Shown piece after piece: positions 1-9,061 of a DNA stretch of 64,000 bases. A model generated the notes under the pieces. The model saw nothing but the letters and a program-made list of their open reading frames with translations. It ran no database searches and had not been told where the DNA came from. Origin of the DNA: SAR202 cluster bacterium (GTDB lineage Bacteria > Chloroflexota > Dehalococcoidia > Lucifugimonadales > GCA-2719675). The stretch is taken from positions 77,718 to 141,717 of the forward strand of contig VFGW01000012.1 of NCBI GenBank assembly GCA_009392295.1, read 5' to 3'. The first letter of the stretch is position 1. The number at the start of each line of letters is the position of its first letter. The position numbers were made by a program, and so were the translations under genes.

Positions 1-997
1 GTTTTTGTGCAGCCAAATCAGCTTTATGATTAATTTGTTCTTTAGCGATTAATTCAAGTGTTGCAATACCTGCAGTTGCAGAAACTGGATTTGCATTAAA
101 AGTCCCCGGATGAAACATTTTTTGGACACCATTTTTTTCACTCAACAATGACATTATTTTTTGATTCCCAGCTACCGCACCACCAGGTAATCCACCCGCA
201 ACAATCTTAGCCATAGTTGTCAAATCAGGAATTACTCCAAATCTTTTCTGTGCGCCTCCTTTTGACATTCTGAAACCACAAATCACTTCATCCATAATCA
301 TTACCACATCATGTTTTACTGTCAATTTTCGCAAATCCATTACAAAGGTGGGATTTTGTAATGGAAATTGTCCCCAATGCCCGCCAGTTGCTTCAAAAAT
401 AATTCCAGCAACATCATCATTTTTCTCTAAATAATCTTCAATTAAATTAATTTTTGGTTCCAATACAACAGTAGAACTCAATGTATCTTTAGGAATTCCA
501 AATTCTGTATTTAGGCCAGATTGTGGAATTGCGTAATCATGCCAACCATGATAATGTTCAACAAATTTAATTATTTTTTTCTTCCCTGTATACCCTCTTG
601 CCAAACGCATGGCCAATAATGTTGCCTCTGTACCAGAACTTGTGAAGCGAACCCTTTCAGCACTCGGAATTAAATCTTTAACTTTACGTCCCCAAATCAG
701 TTCTAACTCGCTAAGAGCACCTAAATGTGTTCCATTTTGTATTTGTCTATAAATTTTCTCAACTACAACTGGATGAGAATGACCAAGTATTAAAGACCCA
801 AATCCCATCATATAATCAATAATTTTATTTCCATCAACATCAATTTTTCTAGATCCTTTTGCAGTATTTACAAAATAGGGAAAAGGTTTTTGAACTCTAG
901 ATTGATGTCCTCCGCCGGGTACAATACTATGACCTTGATCATATAATTCACTAGATTTTCTGAATTTTTCAGTATATGTATCTATAATTGAACCCAT
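1..997 (-). CDS. Class-III PLP aminotransferase, glutamate-1-semialdehyde 2,1-aminomutase (HemL)-like; C-terminus runs off the window edge
   Basis: Not in the ORF track because it is open to the window edge. My translation from the ATG (complement of 995-997) gives MGSIIDTYTEKFRKSSELYDQGHSIVPGG... It contains the GSA-aminomutase-type PLP-lysine context TTMAKIVAGGLPGG (around 190-235). An AAGAGGT RBS-like sequence lies upstream. Confidence 0.75.
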   Translation of the reverse strand, partial: MGSIIDTYTEKFRKSSELYDQGHSIVPGGGHQSRVQKPFPYFVNTAKGSRKIDVDGNKIIDYMMGFGSLILGHSHPVVVEKIYRQIQNGTHLGALSELELIWGRKVKDLIPSAERVRFTSSGTEATLLAMRLARGYTGKKKIIKFVEHYHGWHDYAIPQSGLNTEFGIPKDTLSSTVVLEPKINLIEDYLEKNDDVAGIIFEATGGHWGQFPLQNPTFVMDLRKLTVKHDVVMIMDEVICGFRMSKGGAQKRFGVIPDLTTMAKIVAGGLPGGAVAGNQKIMSLLSEKNGVQKMFHPGTFNANPVSATAGIATLELIAKEQINHKADLAAQK

Positions 998-1025
998 TTA
1001 TAACCTCTTTTCAAAATTTTCTATT

Positions 1026-2168
1026 TCATTGAATGACTACAGAACCATCTAAATGTCTTCTGGTATTAATTTTTCCATATTTTATTGGGGGACATTTTTT
1101 TTGTATATCATCTGATAATTCAATTCCAATACCTGGAGCATCAGGAATAATTAAAAATCCATCCTGTAAAATCAAAGGGTTTTTAACCATTAAACTTTTT
1201 GGGGGAACATTTTCTCCTATTGGATATTCTTGAATGGAAAAATTCGGAATACACGCTGCTAATTGAACACATGCTGCTGTACTAACAGGACTTAAAGGAT
1301 TATGAGGAACAACATTTACATAATTTGCTTCAGCCAAAGATGATATTTTTTTTGAATGTGTCAATCCACCAGCTAAACAAACATCTGGTCTAATATATTG
1401 AACAGCATTTCTTTTAAGCAACATACTAAATTCAAAAATAGTATGAATCCTTTCTCCTGTAGCAATAGGTATATTAATTTTTGATGCTACTTCAGCCATA
1501 GAATCAAAATTATCTGGTAAAATAGGGTCCTCAAAAAACATCGGATGAAACTTTTCTATACCTCTACCCAATACTATAGCTTCAGCTGGAGATAATCTAC
1601 GATGAATTTCTATACATAAATCAAGATTACTCCCTGCTACATCTCTATATTTTTCAACTGCATCAATAGCATCTCTCATTTTATCTACATGACTTTTATA
1701 ATAAGGAATAGAAATATCCTCATCCAAAAAAGGAGTTAAATGTCCAACAGCTGTAAATCCTAAATCCTTAGCTTTTTTGATTCCGTCTAATAATTTTTGT
1801 CTAGTGTTGCCGTATACATGGTAATAAACCCTTGCTTTATTTCTTACTTTACCGCCCAACAATTGATATACAGGAACCTGAAAATTTTTACCAGCAATAT
1901 CCCATAATGCAATATCTATTGCACTAATTGCACCCATAATAGCTGCACCTCGAAAATTGCTTGTGTTATACATTGTCTGCCAATGATGTTCAATTAATAA
2001 AGGATCCTTACCAATTAAATACTCTCCAAATTTAACCAGTGCTTCTGCAGAGGCTTCTAAAAAACCCCACGCTCCAGACTCCCCTATACCAACAATACCT
2101 TTATCTGTAATAATTTTTACAAACAAAAACCTATCAGCAAAAATAGGTTCAACTGAAACAATTTTCAA
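1026..2168 (-). CDS. Enolase-superfamily enzyme (mandelate racemase/muconate lactonizing family, sugar-acid dehydratase-like)
   Basis: 380 aa. Motifs GIVGIGESG, AISAIDIALWDIAGK and YQLLGGKVR are typical of the MR/MLE N- and C-terminal domains. Confidence 0.75.
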   Translation of the reverse strand: MKIVSVEPIFADRFLFVKIITDKGIVGIGESGAWGFLEASAEALVKFGEYLIGKDPLLIEHHWQTMYNTSNFRGAAIMGAISAIDIALWDIAGKNFQVPVYQLLGGKVRNKARVYYHVYGNTRQKLLDGIKKAKDLGFTAVGHLTPFLDEDISIPYYKSHVDKMRDAIDAVEKYRDVAGSNLDLCIEIHRRLSPAEAIVLGRGIEKFHPMFFEDPILPDNFDSMAEVASKINIPIATGERIHTIFEFSMLLKRNAVQYIRPDVCLAGGLTHSKKISSLAEANYVNVVPHNPLSPVSTAACVQLAACIPNFSIQEYPIGENVPPKSLMVKNPLILQDGFLIIPDAPGIGIELSDDIQKKCPPIKYGKINTRRHLDGSVVIQ

Positions 2169-2189
2169 AGCAACTCCAATCTATTGAAA

Positions 2190-3833
2190 TTAAGGAATAG
2201 AATATCCATTTAACTTTCCTGTACATTTAGACCCTGAAACTGCAATAGCGCCATTAACTAAAACATGAGAAATACCCACAGGATATTGAATAGGATCATC
2301 ATATGTTGCTGTATCAATCAAAGTTTCTGGATTAAAAACAACAACATCAGCATAAAATCCTTTCTTCAAATATCCGCGTTTATTCAAACCAAATCTGTCA
2401 GCAGGAGTGCCAGTAACCCTATTAACTATCTTCTCTAAAGAAATTAAATTATATTTTCTCCTTAATCTACCCAAAAATCTTGGAAATGTACCATGTGCCC
2501 TAGGGTGTCTAAATTTTCCTAAATGGATTGAATCACTCCCTACCATGAAGTCATCTCTAGATAAAATTTCCAAAAAATCTTTTCCTAATTGATCCCATAT
2601 TTCAACATTATCAGGAGGAGAACCCCAAAAACCAATACATAATTCTGAATCTAGTAACAATTTACACATAGCTTCACCCATGCTAACACCCATATTTTCA
2701 GCAACATACTTAACTGGGGTACCTTCATATTCGGGATTCCCTGGGACATAGGTTAAAATCGTATCATCAAGATCCAATGTATGTCCTACAGGTTTATCTA
2801 CACTAGATTTTACAGATTCTGTATCGATTATTTTACTTAATCGATTAATTTCATTAAAATAATCAGACATTTGCTTAAATCCATCTTTATCTGACAACAC
2901 ATCAAGAATTCCTTGTGTTCCACCTTGGTGTACATAACTTGGCATAGAAGCCATAGGGAAAGTTGATCCCGTAGGATAAGGATATAAATCTCCAGAAACA
3001 TCAACTCCTTCAGATTTAGCTTTATCAATTAAGGCCATTCTTTCATTAACCTTACCAGCCGTTTTTTCTGCAGTTCTATGATGAGAAAAATGAACTTTAA
3101 CAGAAGAAAGCTCTCCAACAGCCAAAGCTTCAGGAATTCCTCCTCCTCCAATTGCGCGATCGACATTCACATCTCTAAGATGGGTAACATAAACTCCATC
3201 AAATTCATTAACAACTTTACATAATTCAACAATGTCTTCTGTATAACTCCAAGCGTGAGGGTGATAAGTCAGACCAGTCGCAAGACCAACAGCACCTTGC
3301 TCCATACCTTCTCTAACTAAATCTTTTGCTTTAGTCATTAAATCACCCGACATTCTACGATCTTCAAATCCTAAAACTTCTAGATAAAGAGCCCCATGAG
3401 CAATCAAATAGGCAGTATTAATTGCTGCTTTCTTATGATAATTAGAACGGAATTCTGATACAGAATTAGTCTTCATATCTTCTGGGGGAGTCCCTAAAAT
3501 TCCTTTTAAATATCTACGATATTCTAAAAAATTATTTTTTGACAAAGGTGCATAAGAAAGACCATCTTGTCCCAAAATTTCAGTAGTAATACCTTGCATC
3601 AACCCTTGAGGATGTTGAGGATTGGTAAGTAATACGGCATCCGAATGAACGTGTGTATCTATAAATCCAGGAGAAACAACCATACCATTTGCTTCGATAA
3701 ATTCTTTAGCCTGTGCATTAGATAGGTCTCCTATTTCAACAACTTTATCACCATTAATCCCAATATCTCCTAAATAAGCTGGTTGGCCTGTACCGTCTAC
3801 TATAGAACCACCTCTTATAACAATATCAAACAT
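2190..3833 (-). CDS. N-acyl-D-amino-acid deacylase (D-aminoacylase) family amidohydrolase
   Basis: 547 aa. The N-terminus is MFDIVIRGGSIVDGTG...GINGDKVVEIGDL, followed by GFIDTHVHSD, the metal-binding HxH of amidohydrolases. Confidence 0.75.
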   Translation of the reverse strand: MFDIVIRGGSIVDGTGQPAYLGDIGINGDKVVEIGDLSNAQAKEFIEANGMVVSPGFIDTHVHSDAVLLTNPQHPQGLMQGITTEILGQDGLSYAPLSKNNFLEYRRYLKGILGTPPEDMKTNSVSEFRSNYHKKAAINTAYLIAHGALYLEVLGFEDRRMSGDLMTKAKDLVREGMEQGAVGLATGLTYHPHAWSYTEDIVELCKVVNEFDGVYVTHLRDVNVDRAIGGGGIPEALAVGELSSVKVHFSHHRTAEKTAGKVNERMALIDKAKSEGVDVSGDLYPYPTGSTFPMASMPSYVHQGGTQGILDVLSDKDGFKQMSDYFNEINRLSKIIDTESVKSSVDKPVGHTLDLDDTILTYVPGNPEYEGTPVKYVAENMGVSMGEAMCKLLLDSELCIGFWGSPPDNVEIWDQLGKDFLEILSRDDFMVGSDSIHLGKFRHPRAHGTFPRFLGRLRRKYNLISLEKIVNRVTGTPADRFGLNKRGYLKKGFYADVVVFNPETLIDTATYDDPIQYPVGISHVLVNGAIAVSGSKCTGKLNGYSIP

Positions 3834-3844
3834 ATAATCTCCTA

Positions 3845-5662
3845 TTAATTTTTTTCTGTTTTCCTAATAATCAGATTTAATTCATTTAATTGTTCACTAT
3901 CAATTTCTGAAGGGGACTCAAATAATGGGTCAGAAAAACTTTGAGTTTTAGGAAAAGCAATTACATCTCTAATGCTATCAGTACCTGCCAACAACATTAC
4001 GAGTCTTTCAATTCCACCCGCAATACCTCCATGAGGTGGGGCACCAAATTCAAAAGCCTCCAATATGTGACCAAATCTATCACGAATATCATCCAAAGAA
4101 TGTCCTAAAATTTTAAAAACATTTTCTTGCAAACTTCTATCATGAATTCTAATGCTCCCACCTGCAATTTCAAGACCATTACAAACTAAATCATAACCAG
4201 TAGATTTAATTTGATCTGGTTCTATATCAAGTAAATTATCATATTCTTCCGCTGGAGCAGTAAACGGATGATGCATAGAATTCCATCTATCTTCATTTTC
4301 ATCCCATTCAAAAAGAGGAAAATCCACTACAAAACAAAAATTCAATTCATTTGGATTAATCAATCCCAAATTTTTCCCCAAATTCAACCTTAATTCATTT
4401 AATGAATTATTCACAATTTTTTTATTACCTGCAACCATCAACAATAAATCTCCAGGATTAACTTTAAATTTATTGAACAAATTCTTTAATTCAATCACAC
4501 TAAAAAATTTCTTAGCTGGAGATTTAACATGTATTTCTTGTAATTCATCAATTGTTTTAATTTCATCAGATACAGAAAAATACACTAATCCTTTAGCTCC
4601 ATTTAATTTAGCTAAATCAGTGAGTTTATCTAAATTTTTTCTAGATATATTTGAACCTTCAGGTACAACAAATCCTTTAACAATTCCACCTTCTTCAACC
4701 GCTGAACTAAACACTACAAATTTTGACTCTTTTACATCTTCAGAAACTTCAGTCATTAATAAGCCAAAACGTGTGTCAGGTTTATCACTACCATATAAAT
4801 CTATAGCATCTTGATAAGTTAACCTAGGGAAAGGAAACTCAATATTTTTTTCTCCTAACAATTCTTTCACTAAACCAAAATAAAGATTCTCAATCAAAGT
4901 TAAAATATCATCTTGTTCTACAAAACTCATTTCTAAATCGAGTTGTGTAAATTCAGGTTGTCTATCAGATCTTGGGTCTTCGTCTCTGAAGCAACGGGCA
5001 ATCTGAAAATATTTTTCAAATCCTGCAACCATCAAAAGTTGCTTCAATTGTTGAGGAGATTGAGGTAAAGCATAAAAATTTCCTGGATATAGTCTACTAG
5101 GAACTACATAATCACGTGCACCTTCCGGAGTGCTTTTAATCAAAATTGGTGTTTCCACTTCTAAAAATCCTTTTTCATTCAGGAAATCACGAATGTATTT
5201 AAGTATCTGATGCCGAAGTTTCATGATAGTAAACATCTTTGAACGACGCAAATCTAAATATCTATATTTCATACGTAAGAGTTCATCTACATTATCAGAT
5301 TCGTCATTAATATAAAATGGAGGAGTTTTTGATTCATTTAAAATTTCAATTTCATTAACTTGAAGTTCAATTTGACCAGAAAACAGGTTCAAATTTTCAG
5401 TTCCTTCAGGCCTTAAATTAATTTGACCAGAAACTGCAACAACCCATTCTGCTCTTAATTGATTAGCTAACTGATGAGAGTTTTGCGAAAGTTCTGGATC
5501 AAAAACAACTTGTACAATTCCAGTACTATCCCTTAAATCTATAAAAATCAAGCCTCCATGATCACGTCTCTTAGCAACCCAACCAGCTAATCTCACAAAT
5601 TTTCCAACTTGTGAACTATCCAATTCTCCACAAGAATGATCTTTCAACAATTTTTCCTCCAT
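3845..5662 (-). CDS. aspS: Aspartyl-tRNA synthetase (bacterial type)
   Basis: 605 aa. Class II motif 2 is FRDEDPRSDRQPEFTQLDLEMSF and motif 3 is GGIAGGIERLVMLL. An N-terminal OB-fold region is present. Confidence 0.93.
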   Translation of the reverse strand: MEEKLLKDHSCGELDSSQVGKFVRLAGWVAKRRDHGGLIFIDLRDSTGIVQVVFDPELSQNSHQLANQLRAEWVVAVSGQINLRPEGTENLNLFSGQIELQVNEIEILNESKTPPFYINDESDNVDELLRMKYRYLDLRRSKMFTIMKLRHQILKYIRDFLNEKGFLEVETPILIKSTPEGARDYVVPSRLYPGNFYALPQSPQQLKQLLMVAGFEKYFQIARCFRDEDPRSDRQPEFTQLDLEMSFVEQDDILTLIENLYFGLVKELLGEKNIEFPFPRLTYQDAIDLYGSDKPDTRFGLLMTEVSEDVKESKFVVFSSAVEEGGIVKGFVVPEGSNISRKNLDKLTDLAKLNGAKGLVYFSVSDEIKTIDELQEIHVKSPAKKFFSVIELKNLFNKFKVNPGDLLLMVAGNKKIVNNSLNELRLNLGKNLGLINPNELNFCFVVDFPLFEWDENEDRWNSMHHPFTAPAEEYDNLLDIEPDQIKSTGYDLVCNGLEIAGGSIRIHDRSLQENVFKILGHSLDDIRDRFGHILEAFEFGAPPHGGIAGGIERLVMLLAGTDSIRDVIAFPKTQSFSDPLFESPSEIDSEQLNELNLIIRKTEKN

Positions 5663-5680
5663 TAAAAGAATAGAAATTTA

Positions 5681-6118
5681 TCAAATTGTAATTCCATGAT
5701 TAGACATTTTTGTCAATTTAACAAAAGTTTCTGTCCGTCGAATTCCAGGAATCAACCCAACTTTACTTCTAAGAAATTCACCAAGTGCCTCTGAGTTATC
5801 TAAAACTACCCAAACAAAAATATCATAAGTTCCTGTAGTATTTGCAACCCAACTAACTTCATCTAAATCTGACAGACTAGACGCTACAGAAGAAATTTTA
5901 TCTGGAACTACTTGCACTCCAACTAGAGCCTCTGCTTCTAAACCCATTTTTGCGGGATCCGGAATAGCAGCAATATGTATTGCTTCAGAATCAATGAGAT
6001 GTTTTAATCGTCTCCTAATGGTCCCTTCACTAACTCCACAGTCTCTAGCAATAGTTGCATTAGTAGCTCTTCCATTGGAACGCAAAATTTTAACAATTTT
6101 TAAATCTAAAGAATCCAT
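5681..6118 (-). CDS. Lrp/AsnC-family transcriptional regulator
   Basis: 145 aa. It has an N-terminal HTH (LDLKIVKILRSNGRATNATIARDCGVSEGTIRRRLKHL) and a C-terminal RAM-like domain. Confidence 0.85.
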   Translation of the reverse strand: MDSLDLKIVKILRSNGRATNATIARDCGVSEGTIRRRLKHLIDSEAIHIAAIPDPAKMGLEAEALVGVQVVPDKISSVASSLSDLDEVSWVANTTGTYDIFVWVVLDNSEALGEFLRSKVGLIPGIRRTETFVKLTKMSNHGITI

Positions 6119-6212
6119 AACATCTCCAAAAGTTATTTGAATATAATCATACTACTACTTGAAAGACTTTAAAACAAAAAGAATTCATATGGAATTGAAA
6201 TAATTTAAAAAA

Positions 6213-6710
6213 CTATTTCAATTTCAAGAAGACAAAATAAAATGAAACTATCACAACTAATAATGTGAAAATATTCAAATAGTAATTTGTTAATAACAAC
6301 TGAGTCACAATAAAAAGCGATAATGCGAACATCCCTATCAACTGGATTTTAAATCCTCTTTTATATCCTGAAATCTTATCAATAATTTCATATATCAGAT
6401 ATGCCGCAATAAGTATCCAAAGCCAATTAATCCAATATAAATAAAAATACACACTAGAAAAAACAACCGAAACTAATCCTATAGTCCCAGCGGCAAAAGA
6501 AGAAATAAATAGTGTTTTAAAAAATAATAATGTAGAAATTTGATTGCTCGCAGCCAAAGAAGATTCTCCACAAGATCCACATCTTACTCCCACAGGAGAA
6601 TGAACTATACATTTAGGACAAATGCTCTTGCCGCATCTAACACAAGAAATATTAGAATCTAGATGTGATTTAGAATCACATTTTGACTTATTTAGAATTT
6701 TTTTTATCAC
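6213..6710 (-). CDS. Membrane protein with N-terminal triple-CxxC zinc-ribbon/B-box-like module; function unknown
   Basis: 165 aa. The N-terminal motif CVRCGKSICPKCIVHSPVGVRCGSCG is followed by about four hydrophobic helices. It overlaps the plsY 3' end by 23 nt. Confidence 0.6.
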   Translation of the reverse strand: MIKKILNKSKCDSKSHLDSNISCVRCGKSICPKCIVHSPVGVRCGSCGESSLAASNQISTLLFFKTLFISSFAAGTIGLVSVVFSSVYFYLYWINWLWILIAAYLIYEIIDKISGYKRGFKIQLIGMFALSLFIVTQLLLTNYYLNIFTLLVVIVSFYFVFLKLK

Positions 6711-7386
6711 TGAAAAAATTCTTCCTACCTACCCAAAGGTTCTTTTTTAAAATATCTCTATCTAAAAACAAGCGAAAAACAAGCGATCTATAAAAAGTTA
6801 TATTCTTAGGCAATGGTTCGAAATTAGCTGTAATCCTTTTTATTAGAATAACTAATACTGAGATAGATATAAAAAACTTAACATCTATTTCATAATTATA
6901 AAAAAACAATGTAAACAATAAATAACCAAACCAAATAATTATCCAAAAAGAAGGTTCAAAATAATTTTTATTTATAGTAAAAGAGACTAAATAATTTAGA
7001 CCTTGAATAAATATTAACACCAATACTGCTTCCATCCACCCTAAAGCAAATAAAATCCCCATAAAGATTGCAATTCCTCTACCCCCTCTAAATTTGATAT
7101 ACGGGGACCAATTGTGACCTATAAGTAAAAAAATACCAAACATATAGTGAAGCAAATCATTACCGGGAACTAAATATTTTATAAACAATACAGGGAAAAC
7201 CCCTTTTATAAATACATCAATTGCTCCACCTATAATTCCAACAAAAAAATTTGTTTGAAACATCAAATTTGTTGCACCTGAATTTCCAGATCCAACATGT
7301 AAAATATTCAATCCAAACATACGTTTACCAAGGATGTATGCTGTAGGAATGCCACCCCAAAAATATGCAATTAGTATAAAAATCAT
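6688..7386 (-). CDS. plsY: Glycerol-3-phosphate acyltransferase PlsY
   Basis: 232 aa polytopic protein. It carries GGIPTAYILGK and the PlsY signature GSGNSGATN. Confidence 0.85.
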   Translation of the reverse strand: MIFILIAYFWGGIPTAYILGKRMFGLNILHVGSGNSGATNLMFQTNFFVGIIGGAIDVFIKGVFPVLFIKYLVPGNDLLHYMFGIFLLIGHNWSPYIKFRGGRGIAIFMGILFALGWMEAVLVLIFIQGLNYLVSFTINKNYFEPSFWIIIWFGYLLFTLFFYNYEIDVKFFISISVLVILIKRITANFEPLPKNITFYRSLVFRLFLDRDILKKNLWVGRKNFFSDKKNSK

Positions 7387-7413
7387 TTCATAAAATTCTA
7401 GAAATATATAATT

Positions 7414-8256
7414 TTAATTCCTTAACAAAGAAAAATCTCGCATTGGTGGCCCAACTAAACCAGGTAAAACTTCATCTGGTTCCCCATTTCCGTGAAAATC
7501 AGAACCCCCAGCACAAATAAGTCCGTTACTTAATGCCAATCTTTTTAACATTGAAATTTGATCTGCAGAATAGTTTTTATAATAAACTTCTAAACCTTTC
7601 AACCCATAAGATTTCAGCTCAATTAAAGTTTTTTCAAAAATTTTAATAGAGCTATCATCGGTTCCAGGCATACAAAATGTAGGATGAGCTAAAACAGAAA
7701 CTCCACCCAATGAGTGAATTAATTCAATAGCTTCTTTAGGGGTCATTCGAACTTTACCAACATAAGCTAATCCACTTTTACCTAAATAAATATCGAAAGC
7801 ATCTTTAAATGATTTAACAAATCCTCCGGCAATCATAGCTTTAGCAATATGAGGACGTCCAATAGCACCTTCTCCAGCAAAAGATTTCACAACATTCCAA
7901 TCAATATCAATTCCTAGTTGACTTAAGAGGTTAATTGTTTCTTTAGTTCTAATAATTCGGTCATCCTGAAAGTTAGCTAAAATTTTTTTCAATCCCAAAT
8001 CTTCATAATCAATATAATACCCTAAAATATGCATCTCATTTTGAGTACTCAATTCAATGCCTGGAATCACATCGATTTTCCCAATTGATTTAGAAACATC
8101 AATCGATTCCTGAATACCATCGATACAATCATGATCAGTAATAGATATATACTTCAAGCCATTTTTATAACATAAATTAACTAAATCTTTGGGATTTAAG
8201 ACACCATCTGAAAAAGTCGTATGCAAATGCAAATCTACAAAAATTTCATGATTCAC
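7414..8256 (-). CDS. PHP-domain metal-dependent phosphoesterase (TrpH/YciV-like)
   Basis: 280 aa. The N-terminal DLHLHTTFSDG and ITDHD motifs match the PHP family. Its start overlaps the ymdB stop by 4 nt. Confidence 0.8.
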   Translation of the reverse strand: MNHEIFVDLHLHTTFSDGVLNPKDLVNLCYKNGLKYISITDHDCIDGIQESIDVSKSIGKIDVIPGIELSTQNEMHILGYYIDYEDLGLKKILANFQDDRIIRTKETINLLSQLGIDIDWNVVKSFAGEGAIGRPHIAKAMIAGGFVKSFKDAFDIYLGKSGLAYVGKVRMTPKEAIELIHSLGGVSVLAHPTFCMPGTDDSSIKIFEKTLIELKSYGLKGLEVYYKNYSADQISMLKRLALSNGLICAGGSDFHGNGEPDEVLPGLVGPPMRDFSLLRN

Positions 8257-9020
8257 AACTCAACCACCTCATCAATTCTAGAAATCGAAACTGCCTTCCC
8301 CGAAACATCATCAATGTCTATCAAAACACTATTAAATTGCACGAGAGAAGATTGTTGAATTTTCATTCTAGTGGGAATCTGATTTCTAAATTTAGAAATA
8401 GCTGGAGCTGGATCAAACCCAATTACAGAATTTTTTGACCCAACCATCCCCAAATCAGACACAAATGCTGTTCCATTAGGCAATATACAATCATCAGCAG
8501 TAGGAACATGGGTATGTGTCCCTACTACAGCACTCACTTTCCCATCCAAAAAATGTGCTAAAGCAGCTTTTTCAGATGTTGCTTCTGCATGAAAATCAAC
8601 TAAAATCTTTTTTGCAGATAATTTTGAAATTATTTCCTCTGATATTTTAAATGGACAATCAAATTCACCTACAAAAAGTCTTCCAATCAAATTAATTACC
8701 ACAACATCACCTAAGTCAACCCACCCATTTCCAGGTGTGATTTCAGGATAATTAGCAGGCCTCAGTAATCTAGGTTCAGTTTCAATAAAATCCAATACTT
8801 CTTTTTGATCCCAAATGTGATTTCCTGAAGTAATTACATCTACCCCCATCAATTGCAATTCTGTAGTAATACTCTTGGTAATCCCAAAACCACCGGCAGA
8901 ATTTTCTCCATTAGCAATTACTAAATCAAGTCCAAGAGATTTTTTCTTTGCTGAAAGAATTTTTTTTACAGCATCTCTACCGTTTCTTCCAACCATATCT
9001 CCTATCATCAATACACGCAA
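8253..9020 (-). CDS. ymdB: YmdB-like calcineurin-type metallophosphoesterase (2',3'-cyclic-nucleotide phosphodiesterase family)
   Basis: 255 aa. It has MRVLMIGDMVGRNGR, GENSAGGFG and VDFHAEATSEK motifs, and sits directly downstream of rny as in many monoderms. Confidence 0.85.
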   Translation of the reverse strand: MRVLMIGDMVGRNGRDAVKKILSAKKKSLGLDLVIANGENSAGGFGITKSITTELQLMGVDVITSGNHIWDQKEVLDFIETEPRLLRPANYPEITPGNGWVDLGDVVVINLIGRLFVGEFDCPFKISEEIISKLSAKKILVDFHAEATSEKAALAHFLDGKVSAVVGTHTHVPTADDCILPNGTAFVSDLGMVGSKNSVIGFDPAPAISKFRNQIPTRMKIQQSSLVQFNSVLIDIDDVSGKAVSISRIDEVVEL

Positions 9021-9061
9021 AATCTACCTCCAAATAAAGAAATTATGTAAAATCCAACTAG

